From positions 107,880 through 171,879 of the forward strand of contig DF236998.1 in assembly GCA_000708835.1 (NCBI GenBank): a DNA stretch of 64,000 nt, read 5' to 3'. A program made the position numbers and the translations under genes. The stretch's first letter is position 1. Every line of letters starts with the position of its first letter. This DNA comes from Klebsormidium nitens. Taxonomy: Eukaryota; Plantae; Klebsormidiophyceae. Below, piece after piece: positions 60,142 through 64,000 of the stretch. The notes beneath the pieces are model-generated. The model was not told where the DNA came from. It did no database searches and saw nothing but the letters and a program-made list of their open reading frames with translations.

Positions 60142-61906
60142 ATGGCAATTCTGGAAGAAGCGCTGGACGAGCCTCAGGACAAGCCTGGGCTGGTCGAAGG
60201 TCCCTTGAATGACCTTCTGAAGACAGCGGTGGACTCAGAGCAAGCTAGCGCCAGCCAGAGGCGCAAAGGCTTTGATGCAGCACCAGACTTCATGAGACGG
60301 ACGCTGATCTTTGCGTCCGAACCAGACATCCAAGCCGTGCGCAAGACGTCCTTTGAAAGAGCGTTCAAGCTGTCGTTGAGCTACAAGGAGAAGGGGAACG
60401 CATTGTACAAGGAAGGAAAGGACAAGGAAGCGCTCGATGAGTATTCCAGAGCTATCAGCATCTTCAGGCACTTTAGGAGGGACGGAGAGGACTTTGTCTT
60501 GGTGCTGCAGGATGAAGGCAGCTTGACATCGGAGGAGAAGCAGAATATGCATGACGTGTTGCTGGGGTGCTTTCTCAACGCGGCCGCATGTTTACTCCGG
60601 AAGTGAGACTTGCCCCATCCTGTTCTTTTTTCCAGTCCTAGTGGTGCATCACCGCTTTGAAACAGGGGGTAGATAACACTTTTGAGGTTCCTGGCTCGCA
60701 CTGGTGACCTGTTGCAGATAGGTCAGATTGAGTTGACTTGAAGCCAGGTTTTTCTGCTTGGCTTGACTTTGATCAGACCAATCAAGGACAAACCCGTTTC
60801 AGTAAGATTTCAGCTCCAAACCTTTCCGCTCGTATAAAGCACGCTCAACCTTTCAGGTTGAAGCTGATTGTAATAGAAAGTTTCTAAGGATCAGATTTTC
60901 TGATCAACAGAGCTAGAGAACGTTTTATCTTTTTGTCACTGTGCGTAGCCAAGACTCTCCTCTGCTTTCAAGTATAGAGAAAAGTTTCCGCCAGGGGCAG
61001 AGAACTGCAGTTTTCCCTTTTCTCCCATATCGTCTTGGGAGAGCAATCAATCTATTTCTTGAATAATCATATGTTGGAATGACTATGTCCTTGTCTCTGA
61101 TCTTTGGACTTCCTTCCTTGTTGCTATCGTCTGATCGCTTTTCATGGATATTTCCAGCATGTTTGTATATTTTAAACAACCGTTCATTCTTGCATTCATG
61201 ACTTCTGGGACTCTCAGTCTTTCTCTCTTTTCTTTGCAGCAAGCGAGCCCCAGAAGCGATCTTCGCATGCCAAGAAGCCCTCCGCATCGACAGCCAGAGT
61301 GTCAAAGCCCTGTTCCGACGAGCGATGGCGTTCATTCAAATGGATTCAGACGCCTCGATAGACGCAGCAGAAAATGACCTGGCCCTGGCCGTTAGGCTGG
61401 CCCCTGCAAGCGCCGAGATCAAAGCAGCTCTGAAACAGTGCCGGGAGTTGAAGACTGAGCGGGACAAGAAAGCCAAAGAGACGTACTCAGGGATGTTTGA
61501 CAAGGGGAGGCTGTATGATGACAAAGAGGTTGCGAAAGGGGGGTTGCCGAAAGTTCCTGGATTGCCGGGAGAGTTGTCGGAGAGGGGGGAGACGGAGCGA
61601 ATCGAGATCGATGCGGAGACGTTTCTCAAGGAGGGTTCGGCAGCCGGGGTAGATATGAATGCCCCCTGGGCCAAGAAGCGGCTGAAAGAGTTGCAAGAGA
61701 AGGCAAAAACTGGCAAGCGAGGAAAGGAGAGCACCGCGACAGGGGGAAAGTGGTCAAAAGCAATAGCGATTGCCAGGCGGGCGGCGGACAAGCGGTACTG
61801 GGTCTCAATACCGACGCTTCTCTATGCCATCATCTTTGTCAACATTGCCGTGCGCTTGTTTGAGTTCTTGCAGCTCATGTATTACTGGATGAGAGATAGT
61901 CAGTGA
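60142..61906 (+). CDS. TPR-repeat protein with a C-terminal transmembrane anchor (FKBP/cyclophilin-40-type TPR, no PPIase domain seen). Exons 60142-60602, 61240-61906
   Basis: YKEKGNALYKEGKDKEALDEYSRAI; CFLNAAACLLRN|KRAPEAIFACQEALRIDSQSVKALFRRAMA; AENDLALAVRLAPASAEIKAALKQC; hydrophobic tail WVSIPTLLYAIIFVNIAVRLFEFL. Confidence 0.88.
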
Positions 61907-63370
61907 CCTAACGCTGACGTTGTATATCTGAGTGCGTTTGTACTGTACTGATAGGACTGGTGACTGCAAGCTGCTGAGACCCTTCGACTGAGTAGGTACA
62001 TTGATTCGCGATAGAGGTATACTGCAGCTTGTTTACTGCTCAAGAACAGTGTTACAAGCAGCGCCACTAGTGGCGGGCAAAGTCAATCGTTGCAAGCACT
62101 GCTAAGAAGTACATGAACTCGGAAAAGAAAAGGATGCCACTGACACTGTGCGTGGAATTTGGCTATAGCCATGCATGATGATTACCGACATTCAATCGCA
62201 ATTAAGCTCCTTGCAGTCATGGATTCAAGCTATAGCGATTGTTATCATGCTGAAGATTTGGTCACATGCAACCTGATCGAGCACCCTTTTTCAACTTTGA
62301 TGACCGAATAAGTTGAATGTAATGTTCAATAAGGTTGAATATTAAGGTAAATGGGAAGTTTAGATTTAACAATCGACTATTGTGGCCGGCAGCACGTATA
62401 TATTTACAGCTAGGTCCGGTTGTATTATCCGATTATGTTGATCAAATCAATCTGGTGCGGAGCACCTCAGGCTCTCTCACGATTGGGGACCCAGTAGCTC
62501 ATGATTGAATTCAGCGATATGCACACAAACTTCAATGCAGACGTACAACTGACACGATCATCCAATCGACCGCAACAGTGGTTTTAGACGGAACATGAGG
62601 TCCAAGTCGTAGATGTAGAGCTCGCTCAGCTTATGTTGCAACCGTTGAACGTACTCGACGCTCCAGGTTGTCATTGTCCCCATGAACCCATCCGATTGCA
62701 TGACCCATCATTTGACTGCACGTAGCTCATGCAGGCGGCCCTCCGTGAGTCATCTTGAATCATGTCCGGCTCAAGCTAGGGTGTTCGTCCATAACGTATT
62801 GAGAAGAATGCGATCCCCGGAAGGCTACATGTCGTGGCATCCTGGCTAGTATACGAGAATCTCTACCGTATCTCTTTGCTGCGCAAACCTAAGGCTAGAT
62901 ATGTAACGACTCTACTCTGATCACGTTGCATTCGATTCTCTTTTCCATAATCCGTTCGACGCTTATAATTTAGCCTCAACTTAAGGCTGAGGAATGTCCG
63001 GCGACCTTCAATCTGAGGATATCTCCACCTGTCGTTTCCGAAAGCCTTCGCTTGCTACTGATTCTATACTCTTTCGAGCTTAGCTATGGATGCAATTTGG
63101 AGTTTACGTACCGGAGCTCTAGCTGTCTGATCTGGTGGCCGTCGCGCAGGCGATTGATGTCAATCTTGCGTTATGTTTGTTGAAGCCGCTCTGGCTGCGT
63201 TGTCTACCGGGCATGAATCTCGTCACCGACTTTTATGCTACAAAGAATGTGTTTGTGCTTCACTACAGGTTATTAGATAACTTATGATTGCAACGGGACC
63301 TGTCGCGACTTGAAAGCAGCCCTCTCTAGTTCGTTTGTCGCCCCAGCCCCCACCTCCGCTCTTTATTTTC

Positions 63371-63608
63371 AACCCCGACAGCAAACCCGATTCGGAATGT
63401 GGGCTCGAAAGCCGGGTTAGAGTCCTCGGTTTCTATTACCGGTCACCACCTTCCCCACGAGGCACTATGCACTTTACTCCGCTCCTTCGGTTCCAACCCC
63501 GACAGCAAATCCGATTCGATATATGGGCTCAAAAGCCCGGTTAAAGTCCTCGGTTTCTTTCACCACCTTCCCCACGAGGCGCTATGCACTTTACTCTTCC
63601 CCTTCGCA
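63371..63608. repeat. 124-bp tandem duplication overlapping the end of the RING-gene coding exon
   Basis: aaccccgacagcaaa...ccttccccacgaggc(a/g)ctatgcactttactc at 63371 and 63495. Confidence 0.92.
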
Positions 63609-63808
63609 ACGGTCACTGGCACCGGGGTTAACGGGAGTGCCGGCTCGGTCTTTTCCAGGACAGGTGTTAACGCCTCGAGCTGTTTTATCTCCGTCCGGCA
63701 GAAGGGGCACGCGGGCGGGGGCGCGTGCGGGCTCGCGGCGCTCGGCTTGCAGTGGCAGCACAGCGCGAGCGTGCACATCGCGCACAGCCGGTGGCCGCAC
63801 TCGCGCAC
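63560..63808 (-). CDS. C-terminal exon of an XB3/XBAT31-like RING E3 ligase (gene starts beyond the window)
   Basis: Acceptor cctcaag|GTG, then VRECGHRLCAMCTLALCCHCKP...PPACPFCR. The CTLALCCHxKP...CPFCR insertion is characteristic of XBAT31/XB3 RING-HC domains. The first Cys pair and ankyrin repeats are not in the window. Confidence 0.8.
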   Translation of the reverse strand: MRECGHRLCAMCTLALCCHCKPSAASPHAPPPACPFCRTEIKQLEALTPVLEKTEPALPLTPVPVTVAKGKSKVHSASWGRW

Positions 63809-64000
63809 CTTGAGGAGCGAAAAGCAGACGGTGAGTTGATAGTCAAATCAAGGAAAGCCACGGACGCGACAACAATTCGAAGAGAAGAAACGAACGGAAG
63901 GTTTGACTTCTAGAAAGATATAAATCGTTGTTTTCCAAGCTGTTGCTAGGCAAAGAAGAGAACCAAAACGTAAGGATTTAAGCGCTTGACATTTAGGAAC

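Noticed and set aside
1-64000. tRNA, rRNA, snRNA genes and transposase or reverse-transcriptase ORFs
   Set aside because: None recognised by eye. tRNAscan-SE, Infernal and RepeatMasker were not run, so small RNAs could have been missed.

Overview
Intron-rich eukaryotic nuclear DNA with GC-rich exons and GT-AG introns. Gene content (plant-type FEX, ORP1, XBAT31-like RING, a plant-specific 7TM protein) and style suggest an early-diverging streptophyte alga such as Klebsormidium; this is an inference. I hand-assembled 12 spliced protein-coding genes by checking splice phases. In order: UGGT (-, partial), PH+OSBP ORP (+), fluoride exporter FEX (-), plant 7TM protein (-), USP37-like deubiquitinase (+), NNF1/PMF1-like kinetochore protein (+), 3-beta-HSD-like extended SDR (-), PRXL2/AAED1-like redoxin (+), an unknown CCCH zinc-finger protein (+), SWAP/SURP splicing regulator (-), tail-anchored TPR protein (+) and an XBAT/XB3-like RING ligase C-terminus (-, partial). 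No tRNA, rRNA or CRISPR array was recognised. The most striking unexplained structure is a recurrent pattern of 'splice-junction echoes': tandem, diverged copies of an exon boundary (splice site plus about 25-80 nt of exon) lying on the intron side of the real junction. Clear cases occur at five junctions in three genes, with related cases in three more genes. One echo may be an in-frame alternative zinc-finger exon. Also notable are a 221-bp fold-back element with a 58-bp perfect inverted repeat and a 5-bp flanking duplication, and a canonical D-box plus CDK sites in the USP.
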